A stretch of 35,119 nt of DNA from UHGV virus genome UHGV-0196339. One strand, given 5' to 3'. Shown here piece after piece: positions 16,498-26,135 of this stretch (within the stretch, counting starts at the first letter, position 1; each line of letters starts with the position of its first letter). Source of the DNA: a virus. The notes under the pieces were generated by a model. That model searched no databases. It was not told where the DNA came from and was given only the letters and a program-made list of their open reading frames with translations. Both the position numbers and the translations under genes were made by a program.

Positions 16498-18248
16498 CAG
16501 AACTCCATAACCGTGAAACGCTCGTTTTCTCCTTCGCCGCCAATCGGTTCGTTAATGACAGCAAGCATGGTTGCCCACGCAAGGTCGCCGTGGCTGATCC
16601 CCCTCGCGCGGTCCGTTTCGTAAGTGATAAAGCCGCCCGGTGTTTTCACCTTACGCACGGCGTTAAAGGCCGCGACCAGCTCGCGTTCGGCGCGATCGTA
16701 TTCCCACCGCCCGGCACGCATTATTTGCAGCATTTTCAGTACCAGCGACCGTTTTGATGACAGCGTGAAGGTGTACGGAATAGCAGCAGGGAAAAACCGT
16801 TTCACTATCTGATAAACAGCCTCCCCGTTCCCGCCCGTCACATCAATGCCGATGTGTTCCACGTTGTAGCGACACGTGAACTCTTCAATGACTCTGGCCT
16901 GTTCTTCAAACTCCAGCCCCTGAACGCGTCGCGTCTCCACCGTTCGAAAACGGCCACCAGGAACAGCCGGAGGAACCACCACGGACACAGCGCCGCTGTC
17001 GCCGTTGCCACTGCTGCCGTTTGCGTCATACCCAATCCATACCGGACGATTTCCCATCGGGCGGGGAGCAAAAGGTTTCCAGTCTTTCCAGTCGTCGTAT
17101 CCGTCAACACCGCAGCCAATCAGGATATTCAGGTTAAATGCCGATTCCCCTTCGCGGACAAACTCACACATATAGAGATTGAGGAACTCGTCTTCGGTGT
17201 TTTCATCACGAATTTCGTCGATATCGGTGTGTTTCCAGCCGTGATTAACCACATCTTCCAGCGTGACAATTTGCCGCCACGTCCGGTCAGGGCAGATAAG
17301 CCCGTTATGCAGCGTTTTCCAGTCCACAGAAAAACGCTGGCGTTTATGCGAGGCCTTTTTCTCGTTCCAGCGGTCGCCGTTCCAGTAGGCGTATGCCTCG
17401 TGCGTTTCGGTGGATGGCGTGGAGAAGTAGGTGCGCCGCAGTCCGCTGAGGGTTGCCATAGCGCCAGCCACCTTGCGCAGTTCAGCAAAGCGACTGACCC
17501 AGAAAAATTCATCAAAATAAAAATTGCCCGTATAGGACTGTGCCGACGCAGCAGAAGTGCCGAGAAAATGCAGCTCTGCGCCGTTGGAGAGGATGATTTT
17601 ATCGCCCCCTTTCAGCTCCACATCAACTTCAGCCGCGGCCTTCTGAATAATGCTTTTAAACTGGAACGCCTGACGACGCGACGCAGACAAAAAAATCTGG
17701 TTACGCTGGTAAGGTTGCGCCACATCGTCACGCAGCGCCATCAGCAGAGCTTCCTGTGCAAAATACCAGGTCGCCCCAATCTGTCGGGATTTCAGGATCA
17801 TCCTGTTACGTATCCCGGCTTCCCTGCAAAGGGTCAGGGAGTCAAACCAGCCCCGCTGATGCCACTCCAGCCTGCTGATGATTTTTTCCCGCAGTGCGGC
17901 AATCTGTTCCGGCGTGAAATGATTTTTGAGTTTTTTCGCCCGGCCTTTCTTTCCTGCGGTCATCACATCCGGCTGGCCATCATGCAGCTTTTTAAGCTGC
18001 CGGGTCAGCAGGTCTATTTCCTTAAAGTCACCGCCTGTTTTATTCTGTTTTTCAGTAAGCTGGATGAGGCGCGCATCGATGGACTGCGTAACACGCTGCA
18101 CGGGTGGTGTTTCATCCCACTGGTCGCGTTTTTTCCACGCATAAATCGTGTTCGGGTTTATTCCCATCAGACGTGATATTTCTGCGGGCGGATACCCCTG
18201 CCAGTAAAGTTGCCGCGCACGCTGGCGCACAAAAGCGTCCTGAATCAT
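16497..18248 (-). CDS. P: Terminase large (ATPase) subunit (P2 gpP-like)
   Basis: 583 aa, GGGGGAG SD. Divergent from the capsid operon as in P2. Confidence 0.88.
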   Translation of the reverse strand: MIQDAFVRQRARQLYWQGYPPAEISRLMGINPNTIYAWKKRDQWDETPPVQRVTQSIDARLIQLTEKQNKTGGDFKEIDLLTRQLKKLHDGQPDVMTAGKKGRAKKLKNHFTPEQIAALREKIISRLEWHQRGWFDSLTLCREAGIRNRMILKSRQIGATWYFAQEALLMALRDDVAQPYQRNQIFLSASRRQAFQFKSIIQKAAAEVDVELKGGDKIILSNGAELHFLGTSAASAQSYTGNFYFDEFFWVSRFAELRKVAGAMATLSGLRRTYFSTPSTETHEAYAYWNGDRWNEKKASHKRQRFSVDWKTLHNGLICPDRTWRQIVTLEDVVNHGWKHTDIDEIRDENTEDEFLNLYMCEFVREGESAFNLNILIGCGVDGYDDWKDWKPFAPRPMGNRPVWIGYDANGSSGNGDSGAVSVVVPPAVPGGRFRTVETRRVQGLEFEEQARVIEEFTCRYNVEHIGIDVTGGNGEAVYQIVKRFFPAAIPYTFTLSSKRSLVLKMLQIMRAGRWEYDRAERELVAAFNAVRKVKTPGGFITYETDRARGISHGDLAWATMLAVINEPIGGEGENERFTVMEF

Positions 18249-18403
18249 TGCTCCCCCTGAGTAATTACAGGAAGATTACCCGCGCGCGAAACCGTTCTCC
18301 TTAACCCCCTGTTCTGGCCGTTTTCTTACAACAAAAGCCCTTTGTATCAGCCTGTTACGCTTTGCCATCATGACTGAAGAACCAGTCAGAGGGGCAAAAA
18401 ACT
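18249..18403. promoter_or_regulatory. Divergent late promoter region (P-Q leftward, O-N-M-L rightward)
   Basis: 155-nt intergenic region between divergent late operons. Contains dyad ACAAA-agccc-TTTGT and CCCTTTGTATC, shared with the FI-D intergenic region. Confidence 0.4.
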
Positions 18404-19240
18404 ATGGCTAATGAAAAAAAGACATCCCGCAAAAAGTTTCGCGTGGCTGTCTCCGGATCAACTGTTGATGGCCGTGAAATCAGTCCGGTGCATCTGCGTG
18501 AAGCCGCCGAGAACTTCAACCCGGATGTTTACGCTGCCCGCGTGAACGTTGAGCACTATCTCTCGCCATGCCCGTCAAGCGAATTTTCCGCAATGGGCGA
18601 TGTCACCGCACTGAGTACGGAAGACATTACGGAAGGTCCGCTGGCCGGACGTACTGCGCTGTATGCAGAAATCGAACCGACCGAGCGCATGAAGCAGCTT
18701 GTCGCGGACGGCAAGAAAATCTATTCCAGTATCGAACTGCACCCGCAGTTCTCCGTTAACGGGCGCGCCTATCTGGTCGGGCTGGCGATGACCGACACCC
18801 CGGCAAGCCTGGGCACTGAGCGCCTGAAATTTACGGCACAGCAACGTCAGGCGGTAATGACGTTCAACAGTGTCCAGGGTGAAGCACCGCTTATCTCCGA
18901 AGCCATCGAGTCTGAAATCATCGAAATGGCAGAACAACGCCAGGAAGAAGGCACCCAGTGGTTTAACCGCGTAATGGGGATTATTGGTCGTGGCCGCAAA
19001 GCGGATGACGCCAGTTTCTCCCGTATTCAGGAAGCGCTGGAAGGCGTCGCAACGTCACAGGCCGACATTATCGACCGTTTTAATGTGCTGGAAACCCGCC
19101 ATCAGCAGGACAGCCAGAAAATCACGTCACTGACCACAGAGCTGACAGCATTGAAGGAAAAACTGCGCACGCAGGACGGCGATCCGCAGAACCGGTTCAC
19201 CGCAACAGGTGCAGCCTCCGACCAGCTGGCTGACTTCTGA
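18404..19240 (+). CDS. O: Capsid scaffolding protein (P2 gpO-like)
   Basis: 278 aa, AGAGGGG SD, position before the major capsid gene. Confidence 0.8.
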   Translation: MANEKKTSRKKFRVAVSGSTVDGREISPVHLREAAENFNPDVYAARVNVEHYLSPCPSSEFSAMGDVTALSTEDITEGPLAGRTALYAEIEPTERMKQLVADGKKIYSSIELHPQFSVNGRAYLVGLAMTDTPASLGTERLKFTAQQRQAVMTFNSVQGEAPLISEAIESEIIEMAEQRQEEGTQWFNRVMGIIGRGRKADDASFSRIQEALEGVATSQADIIDRFNVLETRHQQDSQKITSLTTELTALKEKLRTQDGDPQNRFTATGAASDQLADF

Positions 19241-19263
19241 TAAGACAAAGGAGCAAATTTTTT

Positions 19264-20316
19264 ATGAATCTGGTGATGTCAGATATTACCCGCAACAAGC
19301 TGGGTTGCTATATGGCGCAGCAGGCGTCGCTTAACAATATCCCGGTTTCTGCACTGGTATCGCGATTTACCGTGGAACCCGCGGTGCAGCAGCGTTTTGA
19401 AAACGCCTCAAAGGAAAGTACCGAATTTACGAAAAGAATTAACGTGATCGGCGTGACCGACCAGAAAGGCGAAAAAATCCTCCTGGATACCACAGGACCG
19501 ATTGCGCGCACGAATACCAGTTATGACGGCACAAAACGCCGTAACCCGAATAACGTGGTTGATCTGAAAAACCGCAAATACCAGTGCGAACAGGTGAACT
19601 ACGACACGTTTATTTCGTATCCGCAGCTTGATGCCTGGTCGGCACACCCTGATTTTCAGTCCCGCATCAGCGCACAGATTGCCCGACAGGTGGCACTTGA
19701 CCGCATCATGATCGGTTTCAACGGCACGTCTCACGCGGATGAGTCCAACTTCAGCACCAACAAGTTGCTTCAGGACGTTAACGTGGGGTGGCTGGAGCAC
19801 ATCAGAACCAACGCCAGCGAACGCGTTATGAATGACGTGACGCTGACCTCCCGTAACATGGACAACACCGTGGCGCACGCGGGTAAGTATGCGAACGCTG
19901 ATGCACTGGTACAGGACGCGCGCTCATCCCTGCTGGATGAATGGCACAAGGAAGCTGACGACCTCGTGGTGATTATGGGGCGCAACCTGTTTAACTCGCT
20001 GCGTCTGCCCGTGCTGAACAGCATCAGCGGCCAGAATCCCAATGCGGAATTACTTGCCGGGCAGCTCATTCTGTCATCGCGCACCATTGGCGGGCTGGGC
20101 GTGTTCCTTGCGCCGTTCTTCCCGGATTCAACGATGCTGATCACCTCGTTCAACAACCTGTCGATTTACTGGCAGAAAGGTTCAATGCGTCGTCTGATGA
20201 AAGACGAACCGGAATACAACCGCATCGCCACCTACCAGTCCATCAATGACGCTTATGTCGTTGAAGACTATGGCAAGTGCGCGATGGTCACTGGCCTGAA
20301 GTTCGCCGACAGCTAA
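19264..20316 (+). CDS. N: Major capsid protein (P2 gpN-like)
   Basis: 350 aa. FTVEP, GFNG, LQDVNVGWL, NLSIYW, YVVEDY blocks match P2 N. Confidence 0.9.
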   Translation: MNLVMSDITRNKLGCYMAQQASLNNIPVSALVSRFTVEPAVQQRFENASKESTEFTKRINVIGVTDQKGEKILLDTTGPIARTNTSYDGTKRRNPNNVVDLKNRKYQCEQVNYDTFISYPQLDAWSAHPDFQSRISAQIARQVALDRIMIGFNGTSHADESNFSTNKLLQDVNVGWLEHIRTNASERVMNDVTLTSRNMDNTVAHAGKYANADALVQDARSSLLDEWHKEADDLVVIMGRNLFNSLRLPVLNSISGQNPNAELLAGQLILSSRTIGGLGVFLAPFFPDSTMLITSFNNLSIYWQKGSMRRLMKDEPEYNRIATYQSINDAYVVEDYGKCAMVTGLKFADS

Positions 20317-20361
20317 TCAACTCACGGCGGGCATCATGCCCGCCTGTAACGGAGAGAAAAA

Positions 20362-21162
20362 ATGATTACTCCTGCACAGCAACACTGGCAGAACGTGATG
20401 GCACAGCGCGCAGGCCGGGCGAATGAAGGCGTGGACCACGCCGCGCGTACCGCGCATGAAGAGGTGCTGTATCGTCTGCGTCTGGCACAGGCCCGGCTTA
20501 AGGGCGTACAGGCCAGAAGCGCCAAAGCCGCCATCAAAAAAGAGTTGTTGCCGGACTTTTCCGGCTTGATTGAGGGAACACTGGAGGCTGACGGCGGGCA
20601 GCAGGATGAAGTGATTGCCACGCTGATGGTGTGGGCGATTGACTGCGGCGATCTTCCGCTGGCACTGCGTATTGGTGCATATGTGGTCCGTCACAACCTC
20701 ATCATGCCGGATAACTTTGGACGTACTGCTGCTACGGTACTGACCGAAGAAATCTGCAACCCGGTACTGACGCAGGCCGGGACGGATGCCGACGCGGATT
20801 TGTCCGCCTTTATCGAACCACTGGATACCCTCCGGGAGATTGTCACCGACCAGGACATGCCGGACGAAGTGCGCGCCAAATTATGCAAGGCGTGCGCCTT
20901 TGCCCGCCGTGGCCTGACCGATGCGGACAGCATGGCCTCATCACTGAAGCTGCTGCGCGAAGCGATGCACCTGAACCCGAACGCAGGTGTGAAACGCGAG
21001 ATTGCAACCCTTTCCCGCGCTCTGAAAAAAGCCGATTCCGCAGCCGCACCAGAAGATGCCAGCACACCGCAGGCGCAGGACGAAAGCAGCAAAAGTAAAA
21101 AGACAACGCGGAAGCCTGCAACACGAAAAACCACCGCGACGCAGAAGGCGAAGCGCGGTTAA
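20362..21162 (+). CDS. M: Terminase small (endonuclease) subunit (P2 gpM-like)
   Basis: 266 aa, GGAGAG SD, basic C-terminal tail, position as P2 M. Confidence 0.8.
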   Translation: MITPAQQHWQNVMAQRAGRANEGVDHAARTAHEEVLYRLRLAQARLKGVQARSAKAAIKKELLPDFSGLIEGTLEADGGQQDEVIATLMVWAIDCGDLPLALRIGAYVVRHNLIMPDNFGRTAATVLTEEICNPVLTQAGTDADADLSAFIEPLDTLREIVTDQDMPDEVRAKLCKACAFARRGLTDADSMASSLKLLREAMHLNPNAGVKREIATLSRALKKADSAAAPEDASTPQAQDESSKSKKTTRKPATRKTTATQKAKRG

Positions 21163-21263
21163 CGACTGACCCCGTCAGCGGGCGGCGTGCGCGGTGTTCC
21201 GGTTTGACTCCGTGACCGTTTACACCGCGCACCCACCGCCCGATTTTTTCAGGAGTGAACCCC

Positions 21264-21758
21264 ATGAGTATGGTTGCCAGAACCAACCCCGGACCCGCAG
21301 AGGACGACATCACCGATACCGATGATGGTGATACCCGTATTTCAGCGGGTGCATTCTGGCCGGATATTGTGCTGCGTGAGCTGCGTCTGGCGGTACGACT
21401 GCCGGGGCGCGTGACCACCTCCCGCCTGCTGCATACCGCCACCGGAGCTGTGGCACACGTTACCCGCGAGCTGGAAGCATGGCAGCAGGAACAGCAGGCG
21501 GCTGGCCATCAGACGCTGGCCGATGTTCCGGCACCCGTAATTAACGGAGAAAGCGTCAATCTCTGGCACTGGCGCAATGCTGTTTATACCGCCACGCGCG
21601 CCCTGATTCTGGAGCGTTATCGTGATGCAGACACAACGGACAAGGGCGACCGCCGGGCGGACGCACTGGATATACAGACATCGGATTTGTGGCGTGATGT
21701 GAGCTGGGCCATCTCTGACATTCTGTGCCGCCCACGAATCTTTGCGGATTTGTGCTGA
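21264..21758 (+). CDS. L: Head completion/stabilisation protein (P2 gpL-like)
   Basis: ATG at 21264 has an AGGAG SD 8 nt upstream (the ORF track starts at an upstream GTG, 21255). LADVPA...GESV, ERYRD...KGD and LWRDV blocks match P2 L. Confidence 0.8.
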   Translation: MSMVARTNPGPAEDDITDTDDGDTRISAGAFWPDIVLRELRLAVRLPGRVTTSRLLHTATGAVAHVTRELEAWQQEQQAAGHQTLADVPAPVINGESVNLWHWRNAVYTATRALILERYRDADTTDKGDRRADALDIQTSDLWRDVSWAISDILCRPRIFADLC

Positions 21759-21958
21759 TGAAAGTTAAGGCACTGGAAGGCGACACCGTGGATTCGCTCT
21801 GTTTCCGGTACTACGGCACGACGCAGGGCGTCACCGAAAAGGTGCTGGATGCCAACCCCGGACTCTGTCAGCAGGTATTTCTGGACGCCGGGCAGGAAGT
21901 GGAGATGCCGGAGCCGGAGAAGAAGAAACGAGAAATGATTCAGTTGTGGGGGGAGTAG
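21758..21958 (+). CDS. X: Tail protein X (P2 gpX-like)
   Basis: 66 aa, MKVKALEGDTVDSLCFRYYGTTQGVTEKVLDANPGL matches P2 X. TGATG overlap with L. Confidence 0.75.
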   Translation: MKVKALEGDTVDSLCFRYYGTTQGVTEKVLDANPGLCQQVFLDAGQEVEMPEPEKKKREMIQLWGE

Positions 21959-21960
21959 CA

Positions 21961-22284
21961 GTGAGCACCATTCAAACAGGGATCACAGAGCAGGTTATTG
22001 CGTGGCTCTTTGACCACCTGCCAACGGTGTATGCAGTAGGCGCGGCGGTCAGCATTTCCGCGCTGATGAGTCTTTATGACGGACGAACACTGGTTCAGAC
22101 CGTAACGGGATCGCTGGCGTGCGGCGTTCTTGCCATGGCCGTGGCCGGGTCGTTGCGCTTCTTCGGGTTTCCTGAAGATGCCGTGACGTTTATCGGCGCA
22201 TCAATCGGTTTTATGGGTGCAGAGAAAGCACGCGACAAGGTTATTGCGGCCTTTAATCGCAGGGTGAAGGAGAAGGACGAATGA
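21961..22284 (+). CDS. Holin (putative, three TM segments)
   Basis: About 107 aa from GTG 21961 (GGGGGAG SD). Hydrophobic segments typical of a class I holin. Sits before the endolysin. Confidence 0.55.
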   Translation: MSTIQTGITEQVIAWLFDHLPTVYAVGAAVSISALMSLYDGRTLVQTVTGSLACGVLAMAVAGSLRFFGFPEDAVTFIGASIGFMGAEKARDKVIAAFNRRVKEKDE

Positions 22285-22673
22285 GCAACACATTTAAATT
22301 CAGCAGCCGGAGCGAAAAGAATTTGCAGAGCGTAAATCCTGATCTGGTGAAAGTGACACGACGGGCACTGGAAATCTCGGAAGTGGATTTTGGTATCACC
22401 GAAGGGTTGCGCAGCCGTTACCGTCAGAAGCAACTGGTGGCCACGGGTAAGAGCCAGACCATGAACAGCCGCCACCTTACGGGGCATGCCGTGGATGTTG
22501 TGGCTTATATCGGCAGCCAGGTGTCATGGGAATGGCCGCTGTACGAAAAAATCGCTGCAGCATTCAGACAGGCCAGCCGGGAACTGAATATTCCGGTGGA
22601 ATGGGGCGGCGACTGGAAGACCCTGAAAGACGGACCGCATTTTCAGTTACCACACGGAGCCTATCCGGCATGA
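22281..22673 (+). CDS. Endolysin, M15/LAS-family L-alanyl-D-glutamate peptidase
   Basis: 130 aa. SRHLTGHAVDV and WGGDW motifs of zinc D-Ala-D-Ala carboxypeptidase-like (peptidase M15) endolysins. ATGA overlap with the holin. Confidence 0.8.
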   Translation: MSNTFKFSSRSEKNLQSVNPDLVKVTRRALEISEVDFGITEGLRSRYRQKQLVATGKSQTMNSRHLTGHAVDVVAYIGSQVSWEWPLYEKIAAAFRQASRELNIPVEWGGDWKTLKDGPHFQLPHGAYPA

Positions 22674-23077
22674 AGCTCTGGCCCACGCTGGGCGTCGCTT
22701 TCCTTCTGATTGCCGCATGGGGAACATCCATGCGTCTGTCGTGGTCGCTGGGCCGGGAGAACGCCAGAAACGAAGCGCAGGCCAGCGCCCTGAAAAGTAC
22801 CGCCGATACCCTGAATATCATCAGCGCCGGGGTACAGGATATGCAGCAGGTGCTGGCGCAACTCCGCGTGGAAAATCAGCAACGCAATCAGGACGGAGAG
22901 GTAAGACGTGAACAGCTACGCAACGATATTGCAAAAGATGAATGCGCCCACGCTTTGCCTGACGCTCGTTTTACTGACAGGTTGCGCAGGCACGCAGAAC
23001 GCGCCACGGCCAGCGCCGTCAGTCCGGCTTATACCGCAGACGCTGACCATACCGGTAACGCCTCCCCCCTTCCCTGA
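22670..23077 (+). CDS. i-spanin (Rz/LysB-like)
   Basis: N-terminal TM helix MKLWPTLGVAFLLIAAW then a coiled-coil-like region. ATGA overlap with the endolysin. The ORF track extends it upstream to 22526. Confidence 0.6.
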   Translation: MKLWPTLGVAFLLIAAWGTSMRLSWSLGRENARNEAQASALKSTADTLNIISAGVQDMQQVLAQLRVENQQRNQDGEVRREQLRNDIAKDECAHALPDARFTDRLRRHAERATASAVSPAYTADADHTGNASPLP

Positions 23078-23228
23078 CACTCCCACATGGGGAAATCTCG
23101 GTATATGGGGCGACCGCCTTCTGGATGCACTGGAAACCTGTAACGCGGATAAACGGGCCATTGAATTACTGGAACAGCGCAGGCTGCAACGACTGAACAA
23201 CGAGGACAACAACCATGCTGAAAACTGA
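22908..23228 (+). CDS. o-spanin (Rz1/LysC-like outer-membrane lipoprotein), overlapping the i-spanin in another frame
   Basis: Lipobox LLTGC after a signal peptide, Pro-rich mature region. Starts inside the i-spanin gene and extends beyond it. GTG start with a GGAGAGG SD. Confidence 0.6.
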   Translation: MNSYATILQKMNAPTLCLTLVLLTGCAGTQNAPRPAPSVRLIPQTLTIPVTPPPFPDTPTWGNLGIWGDRLLDALETCNADKRAIELLEQRRLQRLNNEDNNHAEN

Positions 23229-23682
23229 TTCCCTGCGTGAAGCCATGACCCGTTCATGCCGATGGTGTCAGGCCAACCCGGAAAAATTCACCATTTTCGT
23301 GGAGAGCGGCAACATTGAAACGACAGGAGAAACCCCATCGTTTGTTTACCGCTATCAGATGGTGATGTTTGTCATGGATTACGCCGGGGAGCTGGACGAC
23401 CTCACGCTGCCGCTGCTGGCGTGGTTATCCGAAAATCAGCCACAGTTGTTGCTCAACCCTGAGCGTAATCAGGACATCAAATTCTCCGCCGTTATTAATG
23501 ACGATGACAGCGCCGATCTCCTGTTTACGCTCCCCCTGCGGGAACGCGTTCGCATCACGCGCAGCAGTCAGGGCACACCGCAGGCAGAACACCTGCCGGA
23601 GCCAAAACCCCGCCTGCCATCTTCCGAAGGCGACTGGTCGCATGTATTCCAGGATGTGACGTGGGGTGAAAGCGATGGATAA
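23215..23682 (+). CDS. R: Tail completion protein R (P2 gpR-like)
   Basis: 155 aa, position and size as P2 R. Confidence 0.75.
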   Translation: MLKTDSLREAMTRSCRWCQANPEKFTIFVESGNIETTGETPSFVYRYQMVMFVMDYAGELDDLTLPLLAWLSENQPQLLLNPERNQDIKFSAVINDDDSADLLFTLPLRERVRITRSSQGTPQAEHLPEPKPRLPSSEGDWSHVFQDVTWGESDG

Positions 23683-24310
23683 GGCATTCACCCGCGTGGA
23701 TGAAACCTTTGAGGCCATCCGCGACAGCCTGAATCAGCAGGCCATCAATAACATCGCCAGAAAGCTGGCACAGGATTTACGCCGCGCCCAGCAGGCGCGT
23801 ATCCGGTCACAGAAAGCGCCGGACGGGACCGCGTGGACACCACGCAGACGCCGCGTAACCCGGATACAGGAACGCATTCGCTTTATCTGGAATAACGAAG
23901 CACGCACGCTGAAAAACTGGCATCACGACACGGGGAAATACGGGCGAACCATTACCGGGTGGGATGAGGATAAAAACAATATCCGCACGTTTTACCGGGA
24001 TGACATCGACCGTTTTCTGGAAATACGCACCCGGCGCATCAACCAGGACAGCACCAGGCGCGTCCCCATGTTCGTAAAACTGCGCACCGCCCGCTACCTG
24101 AAAGCCCGTGCAGATGCTTCCAGTGTGACGGTGGGTTACAGCGGCGTGGCCGCACGTATTGCCCGCGTTCATCAGTTCGGTGAGCGCGATCAGGTTGCGC
24201 CGGGCATTTTCACCGATTACCCGGTACGTGAGCTGCTGGGTATCAGCCAGGCAGATGAGCGCCTGATTTATAACACGGTGCTGGGCCGGATTGCGGAGGC
24301 TGTACGGTGA
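23675..24310 (+). CDS. S: Tail completion / virion morphogenesis protein S (P2 gpS-like)
   Basis: About 211 aa from ATG 23675 (the ORF track starts at GTG 23666). Position after R. Confidence 0.72.
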   Translation: MDKAFTRVDETFEAIRDSLNQQAINNIARKLAQDLRRAQQARIRSQKAPDGTAWTPRRRRVTRIQERIRFIWNNEARTLKNWHHDTGKYGRTITGWDEDKNNIRTFYRDDIDRFLEIRTRRINQDSTRRVPMFVKLRTARYLKARADASSVTVGYSGVAARIARVHQFGERDQVAPGIFTDYPVRELLGISQADERLIYNTVLGRIAEAVR

Positions 24311-24888
24311 GCGCAGAACTCATGCGACTGCTGAGCAATATCATCCGCACCGGGATCATCTCTGAAGTTGATGAGAAGTCCTGGCGCGTGCGCGTTCGCA
24401 GCGGCGAACTGGAAACAGGCTGGTTGCGCTGGAACACCACGCGCGCGGGAGCCTTCAATGTGTGGCTGCCGCCATCACCAGGCGAACAGGTGGTAATTGC
24501 CTGCATTGGCGGCAACCCGGAAACCGCCATGATAATTGGCAGCCTGTGGAGTGATGCCAGTCCGGCACCCGGCAAAAGCCTGAAAGAAATCGTGATCAGC
24601 GCGCCGGACGGCGCGGTGTTCCGCTACGACGCGGACGCAGGCGCACTGAGCGCCAGCGGCATGAAAACGGCCACTTTACAGGCATCCGTCAGCGTGAAAC
24701 TGGATACGCCCGTCGTGGAATGCACAAACCTTCTGAGAACGGCGACGCTTGACGTCACAAAAGGGGGAAAGATGAGCGGCAATATCACGCACAGCGGCGG
24801 CAATTTCACCTCAAACGGCATCACAGTGCATACGCATAAACACGGTGGCGTTAAAGGTGGCAGCGATTCGACAGGAGGCCCGCAGTGA
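24307..24888 (+). CDS. V: Baseplate spike/assembly protein V (P2 gpV-like)
   Basis: 193 aa. IRTGII, HTHKHGG and C-terminal Gly-rich tail match P2 V. GTGA overlap with S. Confidence 0.85.
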   Translation: MSAELMRLLSNIIRTGIISEVDEKSWRVRVRSGELETGWLRWNTTRAGAFNVWLPPSPGEQVVIACIGGNPETAMIIGSLWSDASPAPGKSLKEIVISAPDGAVFRYDADAGALSASGMKTATLQASVSVKLDTPVVECTNLLRTATLDVTKGGKMSGNITHSGGNFTSNGITVHTHKHGGVKGGSDSTGGPQ

Positions 24889-25235
24889 CAACCCGCTACA
24901 CAGGAATGAACCCGGACGGAACGGGAAACCTGAACGATATGGAGCACCTGAAACAGTCAGTCAGGGACATCCTGACCACCCCGCTGGCAAGCCGGGTTAT
25001 GCGACGGGAATATGGCAGCCTTGTGCCTGATTTGATTGACGAACCCATGAATAACACCACACGTCTGCAATGCATGAGTGCTGCTGTGATTGCGCTGACA
25101 CGATGGGAACCCCGCATTGCCCTGGACGCTATCGACGTTGTCTGGAAGGCAGGAGGCCGCGCCGGGGTGACGCTGTCGGGCACTGTCATGCAGACCATGC
25201 AGAATGTTGAATTAACCATCACGCTGAGGGAGTAA
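24885..25235 (+). CDS. W: Baseplate wedge protein W (gp25-like)
   Basis: 116 aa. MTTRYTGMN...RVMRREYGSL matches P2 W (MTARYLGMN...). Confidence 0.85.
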   Translation: MTTRYTGMNPDGTGNLNDMEHLKQSVRDILTTPLASRVMRREYGSLVPDLIDEPMNNTTRLQCMSAAVIALTRWEPRIALDAIDVVWKAGGRAGVTLSGTVMQTMQNVELTITLRE

Positions 25236-25238
25236 ATC

Positions 25239-26135
25239 ATGCCTGCCGTTGACCTTTCCCAGTTACCGGAACCCGCCATCATCGCGGAGCCTGACTTTGA
25301 GGCAATTCTGGCTGACACAAAGGCCATGATGATTGCGTCCTATCCCGCCGAACAGCGTGAAGCCGTTTCCGCCGCGCTGGAGCTGGAATCGGAACCCCTG
25401 AACGTTATCGCTCAAACCATGTCGTTTCGTGAAATGCTGTTACGCCAGCGGGTCAATGAGGGCGCACGTGCCTGCATGTTAAGCCACAGCACCGGAACAG
25501 ATCTGGATAACCTCGCGGGCAATATGAACACAAAGCGCCTGACCATCACTCCAGCAACGGATACCACCGACGCGGTGATGGAGAGCGACACCTCGCTGAG
25601 ACTACGGGCGCAGCGGGCGTATGACGGCCTGAGTGTTGCAGGCCCGTCAGGCGCATACGAGTATTTTGCCCGCAGCGCCAGCGGTCTGGTGCGTGATGCG
25701 CGAGCCATCAGCCCGTCTCCGGCCTGTGTGACGGTTTCCATCCTGTCCACTGAGGGCGACGGCACAGCAACGGAGGCGTTGCTTAATACCGTTCGCGCCA
25801 TTCTGAATGCAGAGGATACCCGCCCGGTAGCCGACCGCCTGACCGTACAGAGTGCCAGAATCGTGACATGGCGGCTGAATGCAAAACTGTACTTTTACCC
25901 CGGCCCGGAATCCGAACCTATTCTGGCCGCGGCTGAATCGTCGTTCAGGAAGTGGCTGGCTGAGCAGGGGTTTATCGGTCAGGACGTGGCACTGTCAGCC
26001 ATTGCCGCCGCACTGCATGTGCACGGTGTGCAACGCGTGGAGATAATCGAACCCACACAGAATGTTGTCATCAGTGATACGCAGGCGGCGCGCTGTGAAT
26101 CATTCACCATCAGCGAAGGTGGGCGCAATGAGTAA
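25239..26135 (+). CDS. J: Baseplate protein J
   Basis: 298 aa. DLSQLPEP...DFEAILA, LESEPL, GLSVAG, SPSPACVT, VADRLTVQSA match P2 J. Confidence 0.9.
   Translation: MPAVDLSQLPEPAIIAEPDFEAILADTKAMMIASYPAEQREAVSAALELESEPLNVIAQTMSFREMLLRQRVNEGARACMLSHSTGTDLDNLAGNMNTKRLTITPATDTTDAVMESDTSLRLRAQRAYDGLSVAGPSGAYEYFARSASGLVRDARAISPSPACVTVSILSTEGDGTATEALLNTVRAILNAEDTRPVADRLTVQSARIVTWRLNAKLYFYPGPESEPILAAAESSFRKWLAEQGFIGQDVALSAIAAALHVHGVQRVEIIEPTQNVVISDTQAARCESFTISEGGRNE

Noticed and set aside
16854-18176. 440-aa plus-strand ORF
   Set aside because: Lies entirely antisense to the terminase large subunit gene, with a low-complexity Arg/Pro-rich translation typical of a GC-rich shadow frame.
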